DNA of 63,979 bases, filler included, from Folioceros fuciformis (GCA_049999805.1; 4 parts of 2 records of this genome joined end to end with filler, not necessarily neighbours in it), one strand, 5' to 3'. Shown: positions 9,991-22,354, counted from the first letter of the whole stretch. The notes: generated by a model not told the origin, from the letters alone. Numbers and translations: made by a program.

Positions 9991-12900
9991 TGTGGGAATA
10001 TGATAATGGTGCAAACCAATTGAGTATTTTATCAATTACATAATTGTATATATACATAAAGACATAAGTAAGTATTAATTATAGCAACTAGACTTATTCT
10101 AGTAGCCAAGAGACATGACCTTTGGCCTAGAGACGCAGCCCTAATGAAAGGGTAAGCTATTTAAATAAAGCCATATACACACACATATTATATAACCAAA
10201 TATATTAAAACTCTAAGTAATAACTCAACACCCTATCTTCAATACTCCCACTTGTTGATTATTGCATAGTGTACAGTCTTCTTCTCTGCGGGCACCTTGT
10301 GAAGACTGCAGCCGTTGAGCTCAAGTGCGTGTGTGTGAACCAGGTTGACAACCCCAGGCAACCGGCCCCAACAGAGCGTAATGGAACAGCTCTGTGTGAA
10401 AGCGGTTCCTTACAGGTGTGCCATGAGCATATTAGCTTGCTTTTACGTTCCCGTCTTCATTCTGTCACGAGTCCTAGAGCGTAGATTGAGGTGCCCAGCC
10501 AGGATGTCTTCATTTTCTGAGTCTGCGATCTGAGTTCACCTACACAACGCCGTGTCTACCAGAGGGATGCTCTAGGCAGGTTCGCACCATCGTCCTGCAC
10601 CCCAGCAGCCTGTAAGCCAGTTGTTTTCTCGAGCTACATTTGATGCCCGCAGGTGTGAGAGAGGTGAGTTTCGCTATGCCTCTGGAGAATCACACCCTCC
10701 AGCACCACCCAGATTTCCCGAGCCCAAAGGTATTTTATCGGAGACAAGAATAGTCTCCCTTGGCTCGGCTCAGTGGCCAGGAAGCCCAATCTGATACGAG
10801 TGCATAACCACAGGTCTGAAGATGATACGAGTATGTGTCCAGAATTTCCAAGGCTTTGACAATCACGTTGTCAGTTTCTACAGTAAGTTGCCTGAATCAT
10901 TTGTGGCAATCTTCCCTTTTGCCTTATTTAGCTTGAACAAGCTCATTTCTGCAGCCCCCGCTTGGATCCTTGTGTCTGTACCTAACCATGTTTGTGTGCT
11001 TGCTCCCACTCACTTCGACAGGGTTTGAGGAACGCCTTGATGATGAAGAGGGCAAGGAGACCAAGGAGAAGATCTTCTACTATGAGAGAAAGGCCAGAAA
11101 TTCACCTCGCTCTGGTGGGGAGACTTTCAGTTCAGAGTCTGTTAGACTTGTCTCATGGGAGAAAATTTCAGACTCTTCCTCTTCAGTTAGCATGAGATCA
11201 TTTGAGTCTCTTGTGGATTATGGCACTGATGGTTCAGATGATGACAGTAACGATTGGGGCTGCACCTAGCTTTATAGGCTAGGGTTTGGTAGGTAGGGCC
11301 TCTGGGTAGCCTTCATGGCTGCCCATGCCCAGACTTCTCATATGTCTGTAGTGTGCATCCCTACTGAGGGGCTTAGTGAACACATCTGCTGGATTTTCTG
11401 CAGTTGGTATATATTCCAGCGTGATTTGTCCTGACTTGATGAGGTCCCTGATAAAATGATACTCCACCTCCACGTGCTTCGTGCGAGAGTGGAATACAGG
11501 ATTTTTAGCCAAGTTCATTGACCCCTGGTTGTCCGTCTTTATCATGGTACAGGTCGGAAGTGGCAACCCAAGTTCCTTGAACATCAATTTGCACCACGCA
11601 ATCTCCTTGGCTGCAGCTGTAAGAACTCGATATTCAGCCTCGGTGCTTGATGTAGCAACGATGGGTTGCTTTTTGCTGGACCAGCGTATAGGTCCTCCTG
11701 CTACCATAACGACGTACCTTGAAACTGATCTTTGTGTATCAACATCTCCTACGTAGTCAGAATCTGTGTATACGTCCAGCTCTAGTGGCACACCAGGAAC
11801 GTGTCTGAACTTGATGCCTATGTTTGATGTTCCTTTTACGTACCTAACAACTCTCTTAACCCTTGTCCAGTGGGTCTGACCAGGATTTTCAAGATATTGC
11901 GAGAGTACGCTAGTGGTGTAGGCAACTTCAGGTCTTGTGGTGTTGGCTGCATAGATTAGTTTCCCAACACCCTTCCTGCAGGGGACTGACCTCATTTCAT
12001 CTATGTCCTTTTGTGTTTCAGGACTCATCGACTTGCTAAACTTTAGTGCACAAGGCAATGGCGTCGCTGTTGGTTTTGCATCCTTCAAGCCCAACTGTTC
12101 AGCACACTCTAACAGGTATCGAGGCTGTGTGAGAGATATAGATTTGCTTTTCCTATCCCTCTGAATAAGGATTCCCAGGCAACTCTGAAGTGCTCCAAGG
12201 TTAGTCATTTCAAACTTGGTAGATAGCAGCTTGTTAACTTTGGTGATGAATGTGGGGCTATTGCAAGATAGAATTAGATCATCAACATATACTGCGAGAT
12301 AGCACAGAACATCACCAGATCTGTAGACGTACAGGCTGCTGTCTGAAACACATTTCACAAATCCAAGTGCACACAGTTCTTCGTCCAGGACAGCATTCCA
12401 CTCTAATGCTGATTGCTTCAAGCCATAGAGGGTTTTTATAAGGCGCAAGACATGATCTTCCTTGACCTTTACTTCATATCCTGCAAGCTGCTGCATATAG
12501 ATCTCCGTGTCCAACTCGCGATGTAGAAAAGCTGTTTTCACATCAAACATATCTAACTCATAGTCTTGATGTGCTGCCAGGGCACAGATTGTGCGAAAAG
12601 TGGCCAGCTTCATCACAGGAGCATATGTTTCGAAGTAATCAAGACCAGGCACTTGCGAAAAGCCAAGAGCTACGAGGCGTGCTTTGTACCTGTCAAAAGT
12701 TCCATCAGCCTTTGTAAGCAAGAGCGTGATGCCTGAAGGGATTGGCAGCTTGACTGTGCCAACAGCAGGGCACACAAGCCTGCTATCGTCACCTAGGTAA
12801 ACAAATCTGTTTTGAACTAACCTGTATGTGACGAATGAACTTCTGTCAAAACAGATGTGCGTTGTTGCACCTGTATCAAGGAACCACTCCTGTATGGGTT

Positions 12901-15310
12901 TGCCTTGAGTATTTGCAAACAAGCATGTGGGGTTAGCAAGAGGGTGAGAAGAAAACTCCCTGGTCCCTACAGTGAGGGCTGCAGCCGAGCCTTGTTTGGT
13001 CACCACAACGTGTGTCTGTGAAGTGGAGTTGCCCTCCTTGCGAGGTACTTCGGACTGCTTCTTTCGACACTCAGTCTCCCAATGGCCTGGAATTTGGCAC
13101 AAGTGGCATTTTCCAGCCTTCTTGGGCTTCTTCTATGTAGAAGCTCCTTGTGAGCTGCTAGCACCTGAGGTATACTGTCTACCTCTGAAGTTGGGCTTTT
13201 TGCCCTTTCCTTTGTTGTTGGTGTACAAAGCTTGCTGTTTACCACAACGCTTAAACTGTCCTCTTGTTACTTCTTCCTGAAGAAGTGCGCCCACTAATTC
13301 TGCAAATATGGTTTTGGGGAGGTCAACACCTGCAGCCTTGGCGATTTTTCGCCCTTGTAGTTGCGAGGTGTTGAAAGAGGTCACGAAATGTGACCAAGAC
13401 TTTGGGAGTGACATCAGAAAATGAAAGATGAGAGCCTGGTCCTTCACACTATCTTGTGCAGCACTTTCAAACTTGGAGACTAGAGATCTAAAGGAAGTCA
13501 AGTGTTTTTCAATAGATTCTCCTTCTTTCATCTTCAAGTTATGTATGTTGTGAAGGGCAGTCATCTGACTTGTGTCATCTGTTCCAGCAAACAGGCTTTG
13601 GAGCCGCGTCCAGATATCGGCTGAGGTCTTGCAACCAGAAGTCTGTCTCAACATGTCAGTCGACAGACCACTCCGAAGGAGGAACTGTGCAGCTTCATCC
13701 TTTGTATTCCAGGCGTCGAGTGCCTTCTATTCAGCAGCTGAAGGGGTACCAATGATCACAGGGACTTTTGATGTTTCATTTACCCAAGGCCACAGCTGCT
13801 TATTTTGAAGTGCTCCCCGCATCCTAAGGACCCAGATGTCATAGTCTGTATCCCTCCGAATCTATCCTTTTCCCTACATCCCTCCCCAACTAGATTAGCG
13901 TCACCTATGTTTTGGGACATCTCTCAGTCCTCCTCATAGTGAGGATGTGATGGATGAATTACTAATGCACCTGTATGACCCTTTGCAGGTTAACAGGTGT
14001 GAGGATTCAAGGAAGAGCTATGATGCTACAAGTGCATCAAGGGTAGGCTGCAACTGCAGCTTGTTCTTCACAGAGGTAAGATGGGTTTTGTACTCTGGTC
14101 AGCCCTGTGCAGGTTGACCATCTCCCTATCTACCTTTTCCTTTATGTTATGTTTCCTAATCTCCCAGCGATTAAAGGAATAGGTCATGCATGATGAACAC
14201 GAGTTTGGATATTCAAATTTATGATGCTTGTTAGTTTTCGTAGCATGCTTACAAGCTGTCCCTTTGATTGCAGGGTTAGCAAGAAGAGCAGGCTTTAACA
14301 AAGCAAGCAATTTGAAATCCAAGTGACCAACTTGCTCCAGCAATGATTGTAAGTCCTTAGAAACAGCAGCAATTTTTCAACATATGTTTTCAAAACGTCT
14401 GTCTACATGTCGCTATTGTGATTCTAGTCTAGAACTTAAATGTGATATGCTGGTGTGCGGTGCGCTACGTTTGTGGTTAGGCAACCCCGAAGATTGCTGT
14501 TACCAACAATAGCAGGTTGCACATTTAGGAGATTTTGAGGAGTCCTCAGTGGAGGGGCAGGTGCATGTTGGTGAAGATCAGCAATTCTTCTTACAACGTT
14601 CACTTGCGCACCAGGTTGTATTTGGCGATTGTGCTATCCAGGCCACATCTGCTCGTTCTGAGGATCGGCCATTCATTTGGCCAGAATTCTTGTATTTTAG
14701 AAAATTCCAAGAAACATTTTATAATTCTATATGATTTTTATAAAGATATTTGCTGCTTCTGGCAGCCGTTCTAACGTACCTGACGACGGATTGCTTTGCA
14801 ACAATCTGGCAATAGATGCGCTAGAACGGGCTCCTAGAAATGCAAAATTCCTATAAACAAATCAAACAAAATAACTACAAAAGGGTTTCTCAAACATTTT
14901 TCTTGATTTCCTATTAGAAATTGTTTTCTAATAAAGAAACAAACACAAAGAACTTCTATGTGCACATCTATATGTGCACAATTTAATGTGCATTCTTGTG
15001 AATGCAATCTGCACCTAGCATGGCTCTGATACCATGTAGGTGCATGGCTATGATACCATGTGGGAATATGATAATGGTGCACACCAATTGAATATTTTAT
15101 TAATTACATTATTGTATATATACATAAAGACATAAGTAAGTATTAATTGTAGCAACTAGACTTATTCTAGTAGCCAAGAGACATGACCTTTGACCTAGGG
15201 ACGCAACCCTAATGAAAGGGTAAGCTATTTAAATAAAGCTATATACACACATATTAATTAACCAGATATATTAAAACTCTAAGTAATAACTCAACACCCT
15301 ATCTTCAATA
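9991..15310 (-). mobile_element. Ty1/Copia LTR retrotransposon, internally deleted (no integrase), both LTRs and TSD intact
   Basis: LTRs 9991-10244 and 15059-15310 (about a dozen differences by eye). 5-bp TSD GAAAG at 9986-9990 and 15311-15315. tRNAi-Met PBS (rc of TGGTATCAGAGC) next to the right LTR, PPT (ctcccac) at 10245. Gag, CCHC knuckle, protease, RT and RNase H on minus. Confidence 0.95.
11279..13860 (-). pseudogene. Copia gag-pol remnant (Gag, CCHC knuckle, PR fused to RT-RNase H)
   Basis: YDIWVLRM, CHLCQIPGHWETEC, WFLDTGATTH, RYKARLVA, LYGLKQ, YVDD, TEAEY, ADVFTK, all in one frame with two in-frame TAG stops in gag. Confidence 0.92.
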
Positions 15311-16163
15311 GAAAGGTGGGCATCCTGGATCTAGTGAGAGAGGGGATTTGGAATCAATCGTGCGCGTGGAGTGGGTAGGTGCTCCTGACCCTTTTTGCTC
15401 ACCGCGGCAAATGGGATACCACCTGCCCCTTCAATTGTATACAATTTAAGGACCCCCTGCTTAGCTACAGTAGGGAAGGGAGAGCCACCGGGGAGAGCTC
15501 TCTCTTCTCGTCCTATCTCGTCCCCCTATTCTCTCCACATCCTTTATAATCTGAATTTTCTTCCACAAAAAATAAATAAATAGGTTGTTTGGAGTGAAAG
15601 ACAGTAATGAGAGATCCCATTTTGCACAAATGTTGTTACAAGCTTAGAGTTTTTGACAAGTTGGTCACAAGGGTTGTGTTACATGGATGGCAATGAATGT
15701 CTTGAGTTTCGTTTGATGGAAGGAGCTATAACACTGTCTAACCTAGATGGGCGGATTCCANNNNNNNNNNNNNNNNNNNNNNNNNNNNNNNNNNNNNNNN
15801 NNNNNNNNNNNNNNNNNNNNNNNNNNNNNNNNNNNNNNNNNNNNNNNNNNNNNNNNNNNNTAACACTGTCTAACCTAGATGGGCGGATTCCATGAAGCCC
15901 GTTTTGCACATTTCAAATTTGTTGCGATCCGCGTTTATTATCTACAAATCATCTGATTTAACAAACAATGACTCCTTCGACATGTTATCTAAATTTTTGT
16001 TCCTATAAACCTCAATGAAACAAACATTTCTGAAGAAAGCTTTTTGCGTTGTCTCTGCAAAATTTGATTTTCCGCAATCAAAAGCATATGGTGCGCCGGC
16101 ACAATTTTCAAAAGTACTTTAAATTTCGTGACAACAAATTTCAAATTAAGTGAAGTCTCAACC

Positions 16164-17860
16164 TTAAACAAAAACAGGGTCATCCTGGTTCGCTTCGGAG
16201 TCCACAACCACATCCAAATCATGCAAACGATGCGCATCAGTTTCTGCAAAGTCATCAGCACCCACGCGAAGCATTGAGAAGTTCGGGTCCTCTGTAGTTT
16301 GAGGCGGTAGAGTGCAATTTTCATCCCAGATAGTGATGGCGTACAGGTCTTCCGCGGGCCTATCATCAATCTGATGTATAACCTCTCCTTTCTTGCCCAA
16401 CATACTGAAGACCATCAGCTTGCGATCGATGCTCCCATCACCGCACACTTCCTTCGCCCAAAACTTTGATGGGCCTCGCATAAAAGACTCCGTGGTTATC
16501 TTCTCATCTGCGTCCGGTAAGGACCCTAGCCCAATAATTCGTTGTATGATGTAGGATGTGCACCTCACATCCACATCAATCGCAACCGCATGCCTTCCAC
16601 CCTGCACTACACTTTGGAGCAGAGAACCAGACCCTGCGCATGCGTCCACCACCCAATCCCCCTCACACGAAAACATGTTAATCAGCATTCGCATCAAGCC
16701 CAATGGTTTTTGGTAAGGCGAGACGACATGCACATCTGTTGAATGAAACAGGTGCTTCTTCACCACCGCTCCATGCCTGATAACCCTTGGGAGCAAAAAT
16801 CCGTGATTCGCGAACAGTGCAGCCTTCGATTCTTGAGCCTCCATGTGCACTGCATTTCCAACAGTGACATACTCCATTGTTTCCACTACTCTTGCGTTCG
16901 GGGGTATATTCGTCTTCTCCCATACTAAACTCTGGATGCTCCCCTTCTTGCACCATGGCCGTAGGGCCTCCCTGGCTTCCGAAATCATGTCCACTCCGTG
17001 CATTAGGATAATCTATAAATATTGCTCAAGGTGCATTCACTGAACCCTCCGAGCATGTCTTCCAAATCCGCCACCTTCAACTACTTGTCAAACTTGTGTC
17101 GCTGTAAGCCCCGAGGCAGATCTGCAAATAGCAGGGTGTAGGGTCGCTTGACAAGGAATGCCTTCATTTCAAGCACATTCCGTTGAATTACTTGGTACTT
17201 CACCTTTGAGTTACTTGCTGGAACTCGAAAATATGACAGCCCTGTGTCCATATCTGCTGCCGCCAAAATTTTTTTCTCTTCCTCCATCCTTTTCTAGTTT
17301 TTCGCCGAATAGAAAAAATCCAAGAAAGGCTTCGGCAGGGACTCTAAGTCTGCGATTTCTGAGGGTTTCTGCAACCAGAATGATGAAAATTAGTCTGGCT
17401 ACAAATCAACCCTATTGTAGCCTGCTCGGGTCTTCAGTGCGCTGGTAGAGCGGCGCATTGCACCTGCACTCAGTAGGAGTGCGTCGGTCTACCGGCGCAT
17501 TCCTACGGTATGATGCGGATTAGTAACAAGAAAGAAGAACACAAATACTTACGACTTTGGTGAATGTAGTCTGGAATTTGAGGAGATGGCCGTCTTCTGT
17601 GTGCTTTGGGTACATCTCTTCGGCCTCTTCAAATGTGTCGCACTTCGTCGCCAATCGGAAGGCATGTTGGATGAGATGAATCTTCTTCTTCTTTCCTACT
17701 TCAGTGTCCATGTCATGCAGTTGCAGCTTCCCCTGCATCACTTTCTGAGTCACCGCTATGAGCATCTCCTCTCCCTTCTCACCTGTGGGGACCCCTTGAA
17801 ATGCTCTCCATTGCGTGCCTTGCATAGCTCCTGGCCTCCTGCTGCTATCCTCTTTTATCC
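16164..17860 (-). pseudogene. Beta-class N4-cytosine/N6-adenine DNA methyltransferase-like gene, spliced, disrupted
   Basis: Order motif IV-like FADLPRG, then LVWEK..., EYVTVG, then YQKPLGLMRMLINMFSCEGDWVVDACAGSGS...GRHAVAID (motifs X/I-II). Intron donor GTAAGT at 17552 and likely acceptor at 17369. Two TAG stops and one frameshift (~17010). Confidence 0.8.
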
Positions 17861-18022
17861 AGCATGTGATTCACACGTACGTTGGCCTTCTTCCAAGAGT
17901 TCTGTACTTGCAGCTGGACAACACGGCAAGAGAGAACAAAAACGCTTTGTTGTTTTCATATTTGAATATGTTAGGGGAGAAAGGAATCTTCAAGAAGGTG
18001 AAGGTGGGTTTTTTACTAGTGG
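17859..18022 (+). mobile_element. DDD/E transposase fragment, Sola-like (DUF7869-like)
   Basis: LPRVLYLQLDNTARENKNALLFSYLNML..KGIFKKVKVGFLLV, cut by a gap just where GHTH is expected. Superfamily assignment is from motif memory. Confidence 0.7.
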
Positions 18023-18122
18023 NNNNNNNNNNNNNNNNNNNNNNNNNNNNNNNNNNNNNNNNNNNNTTAATTAATTAANNNNNNNNNNNNNNNNNNNNNN
18101 NNNNNNNNNNNNNNNNNNNNNN

Positions 18123-19555
18123 ACGAGGTGCCGGGAAAGTGGAGTGAAGTCCCCAAATCTCATCGAAGATAATTGTGCGATGTGGTTCTTTGGGAAGTTC
18201 CAAACTTGACCTTGAAAGCTATGGTGGGTAGATACTTCAGCCAATACACGAGGAGTCGAAATGCAAGATATGTAGAGGCTGCAAGAGCATGTGCCCTGGA
18301 GGAAAAGCGCATGGGGTGTGAGCGGCCCAAGAATTTCAAGCCTTTGATGGCTGATGACAAGGTGTGGCAAGACATCTTGACATGGGCACGGGTGGAGCTA
18401 TGCCAACATGGGAACTTCCTCCCTTCCAAGGGTCAATTGGCTGCAAAGGCATAGTTGGAAAAGGCAGTCGGGAAAGGTCCTAACCACTATGGCCGTTGTG
18501 GGAGGAAGGGATGGGTGTACAAGTTCCACCACATACATGGTTGCCAACAACCTACTGATGATGAGATTGCATTCAGGGGGGATAGGAGGAGAGTGCCCGC
18601 CTTGACAGGAACCGCTCTCGAGAGCGGATAGGAGGAGAGTGCCCGCCTGGACAGGAGGAGAGTGCCTGCCAGGAGAAGAGGATTTCCACTTATGCATGCC
18701 ATCTGCATGATTGTGTAGGTAATCAACTACGATTTGCAAGCTGATACAACATGGTATATTCATCGCGTAGGTTGGACAGGGAGAGCAGGACAAAGTGATG
18801 TTGCTATCACGCTAGTGAGTGCCCGCATTGGAACTTTAGTGCTGCTCTCAATGCTCGTCATGCAGAACTTCCTCACAGCAACGATGAATTTGATAGGTTG
18901 GACCCAAAGATGAAGAGTTGTGGAATGAGATCCAATCAGCATTGAATGGTGTGGAGGAGGTCGACAATGAAGGGAAGCATATCTTGGAGTATCCCCTACT
19001 GACAAACGCTGCTGTTGAATCTTTGAGATATAGGGATGAGGTGAAAATCATAACCGTTTTTGTTGTGGCTACTAACATTATTGGCCTTCCTCATGGAGTT
19101 GCATATATCATTCTAATGTAGCTCTTGCATTTCCAGGATGTTGCTTGGAAGATCACCACGTTTGCTGTGAAAGAAGCACGAGTGAAGGAATTACGCATCG
19201 AGATCCTGAATTTAGAGAGGTAGGTTGCGAAACTTTCTACACTGCTACCATTCCTTCTCAAATCAACCAATGCAGTAGAATTGATGTTGTGTTATGTGCA
19301 GGTTGAAGGCTCATTTTGAGGACAATCCTAAGGATCTGGGTGAGTCTCAGAAGGAAGCTAAGCTTGTGTTGGATTGGGAAAGCATGGGCTAATAAGATTA
19401 CTTGCAAGGGTCTTGCAGAATTGTTACAGCACGACAAGGTGCTGAGTAAGAAAGCACCCGCTCAGCATCTTTCTACTATGCCGGAGTATTTGCAAGACCC
19501 AGCGGTCAAGGCTACTAGCAAATCTCTGAAGCTGGCTGTTGAAGCTATCGGTTAA
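18123..19555 (+). pseudogene. Degenerate multi-exon coding relic, probably transposon accessory gene
   Basis: Coding-like stretches (…YFSQYTRSRNARY…KVWQDIL…NHYGRCGRKGW) with stops, GT-AG-like junctions and a short aggagagtgcc repeat. Family not recognised with certainty. Confidence 0.3.
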
Positions 19556-20026
19556 GCCAAACAGCGCTACACCGCTGTTGAGCTGCGCAGAAGAGTGCTC
19601 GCCGAAGAGTCGAGTCCTTGACTTTGTGTGTGTTGTGTGTAGGGATCTGCCCATCGTCGCCACGCGCTTGCAGCCTTGCTGTGAGGTAATTCCAAGGTAT
19701 TCAGTGGCAATCGATTTTTTGGATGGCACAACGGGCTCTCTAAAGTTTCTGGCTGACCTTTGCTTGACCTAACAAGCTCTCTATCTCAACAGGTTTGGCA
19801 GGTTTCTAGGCTTTTAGGTTTGGCTATGGATGGGCAACAAGGTCATGGTGGTGAGTCTTCACTACAAAGACAGCCTTCCCAAACTTTTTCAAGTTATCTA
19901 TTTGGCTTAAGAGGGGAGTCGACAGTTCAAAGCTACAACTTTGAACAGTCCTCTCAGATGTAGAGCCAATCTCCAAGTCAACAAACATTACAAGGATGCT
20001 CCTTTCATGAGTAGCAAGCATTCTCA

Positions 20027-20766
20027 ATGCCTCTGCTTGGAAGTGTCATGCTAGGCTTTCGTTTCAAACGGCCTGCACCAGGCAATGTCATTGACCTAGA
20101 AACTGGTCATGAGGTTCCAATTTCACAAGACACTGGCACAGGGTCAAAGAAGTATAGGGGGAAAAGTAAAAAACACTTGGAACTTGAAGGGGAGGATTGG
20201 GTTCGAAGGACAAGTGGTGGAAGGGGTCCACAATGGACTGAAAACCATACCATCCACTTGATCCACCTTAGGGGTTCTATGGAGGAGGATTTCATCAAAG
20301 CACCCAAGCAAGGTATCGATGTGTGGAACAAGCTCTACATGAGATTGTGTGCGGTCTGCCCGGGATTTCGACAAGGATTATCAGGCATGTCGTCAGAAGC
20401 ACAAGAGCCTTATGAAGGATTATAGGAAAGACAAAGCCGAGAACGAGACAAGTGGGCATGGAAGGTTTTGATAAATGTAAGTTTTTTTTATCTCATGGAT
20501 GAATACCATGGTAAGCGTCCTATGCTCAATTGCCATGCACATGCCAGCTCCCTTCCTAGGACATTTGCTATGCCCAGGGGGGGGGGGGGAGAGAACAAGG
20601 CAAGAAAAGGAGACCCGAGACTGGCAACTATGGAATAGATGGCCAAGCACATAGAATGTTTATTACAAGAGTACAAGGCAGTTGAAGCGCAAAAGTTGAC
20701 AGCACTCCAATCCGTGAACGACACACTTGGCAACATACTTGATGCACAAACAGAACGCATGAGCTA
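20027..20766 (+). pseudogene. Harbinger Myb/SANT (trihelix) DNA-binding protein
   Basis: QWTENHTIHLIHLR...VWNKLY...ACRQKHKSL, with frameshift and stops. Confidence 0.8.
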
Positions 20767-20862
20767 GTTTTGGTAGAATTTGCATTTCTAGTTTCTATCG
20801 TTCACCTTCGGTCCCAGACTTTGAGCTAAGGGTTGGTTTTGGAAATTTAAGTGTTTAAGTTT

Positions 20863-22354
20863 TTATTGTTCACCTTCGTTCTCCATCTCAGACTCTGATC
20901 CCAAAACCTCGTTTGCCCGTCTTTTCAAGTGCAATTCATACAAGCTTTTGGCTAAAGCCCTCCGACGTGCCATACCTTGTCTATAACCAACCCTTGCATA
21001 TGGGGTTTGGTCTCCACCATTGGTATGGTCTTCCACATTCACCATATTTCGTCTTTGCCCATGCTTATCATACGCATTTTTGATTTCCTATAAAGTCTCT
21101 ACAGCTACCCTTGAAGCTTCTTGTTGCAGTGGAGTCCGCCGCTGATGATTCCTAGAAGCGGATCTTTGAAGTTCAAGAGTAGCTTGATTGAACCATTCAT
21201 CCTCAAAGCCATCATTATGCTCCACACACATGTTATGCAATACTAGGCATGCAGTAACAACAGAAGGCACATTTTTCAACTTCATATCATTTCGTTTTAG
21301 CAAACTACAAAAACCTATTTTTCAGCATGCCGTATGTCCTTTTCACCACCATTCGAGTACTAGATTGAATAAAATTCCCATTGGCTTCCTTCGGTGTAAA
21401 TCCATCTTTATGCCCACATAATGGAGTTAATAGATGTACTTGAGGCCAATAACCTGCATCTCCCTCTAAGGCAAACTCATCTAGCATACCTGCTGCACAT
21501 CTCTTTCCAATTTCTGACCGCTCCCATAAGTTCCAATCATTCATGCTACCTGTCCAACCAAAATCATAATCCCAAACCATTCCTTTTGCATTCACTACTA
21601 ATTGAAGCAAGCAACTATGAAACCTCTTCTTATAATAATAGTCAGCATGGTACTCTTTTGGTGCTATGATGGGATCCCAAACCATTCCTTTTGCATTCAC
21701 TACTAATTGAAGCAAGCAACTATGAAACCTCTTCCTATAATAATAGTCAGCATGGTACTCTTTTGGTGCTATGATGGGAATATGGCTACCATCTACTGCT
21801 CCTATAACATAAGGATTTCCTCTCAATTCCTCAAACTCAGTTGCATACATCTCCATCTTACTTTTGGATGGCCATTGGATATACACATCATGCAAGATAG
21901 CCCTAAGAGCATTGCAAAATTGTAATACGATACCTTGAACAGTAGATGTATAGTGGACAACCTATCCCCACAGCCAAGCGCATTAAACTAATGGATACTC
22001 GAGCATCCACTGGGATTGCATCTCTAGTAATTCTATCTTGTTTTTGAAGTATCGGTGCCAACTTCATACAAATGAAGTCAAAGGTAGGTCTACTTACACG
22101 CATCCTGTTCTTGAACAACTCTGCAGTGTATGTCTCCATAAGGCTGGTGTGAAAGAACGTTGAATGACCTAATGATGCCGGCTACGCCTATGTGCATGTG
22201 AACCCCTGTTAGTGCCTGCCTCATTGTTCTGCAACATATGAACGGTAGTAGAAATACTAGCTTATAAATTCAAAAGCAAAGTAGCTTCTAACGCCATATA
22301 CAACATGATGCCTATCAGAAAAACACACCACAAGTTTCGTTCATGGGGATCCAT
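20863..22354 (-). pseudogene. Harbinger transposase (HARBI1/DDE_Tnp_4)
   Basis: FKNRMRVSRPTFDFI, IGAVDGSHIPI, GDAGY, STRMVVKRTYGMLKNRF, ACLVLHNMC. Frameshifts and a 105-bp in-frame duplication. Confidence 0.9.

Larger units (their letters stand above)
9390..15582 (+). mobile_element. LINE (non-LTR) 3' relic with zf-RVT-like domain, interrupted by a Copia insertion
   Basis: PPKVCLLIW...CQMC......QHFVFHCKYVQVVW zinc-binding motif at ~9500-9700. Sequence resumes after the Copia TSD at 15311 and ends in an A-rich tail (aaaaaataaataaata) at ~15567-15582. Left boundary approximate. Confidence 0.65.

Noticed and set aside
15729-15892. 32-bp direct repeat flanking a 100-N gap, resembling a TSD
   Set aside because: Most likely unmerged overlapping contig ends.
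16164-17860. Bacterial contamination as the source of the methyltransferase
   Set aside because: The gene has a GT-AG intron, is decayed, and lies among plant transposons on a contig continuous with a eukaryote-type transposase; read-level confirmation is still advisable.
18023-18122. TTAATTAATTAA motif within N runs (also 47704-47803 and 61224-61323)
   Set aside because: Artificial six-frame-stop scaffolding linker, not biology; adjacency across these gaps is uncertain.
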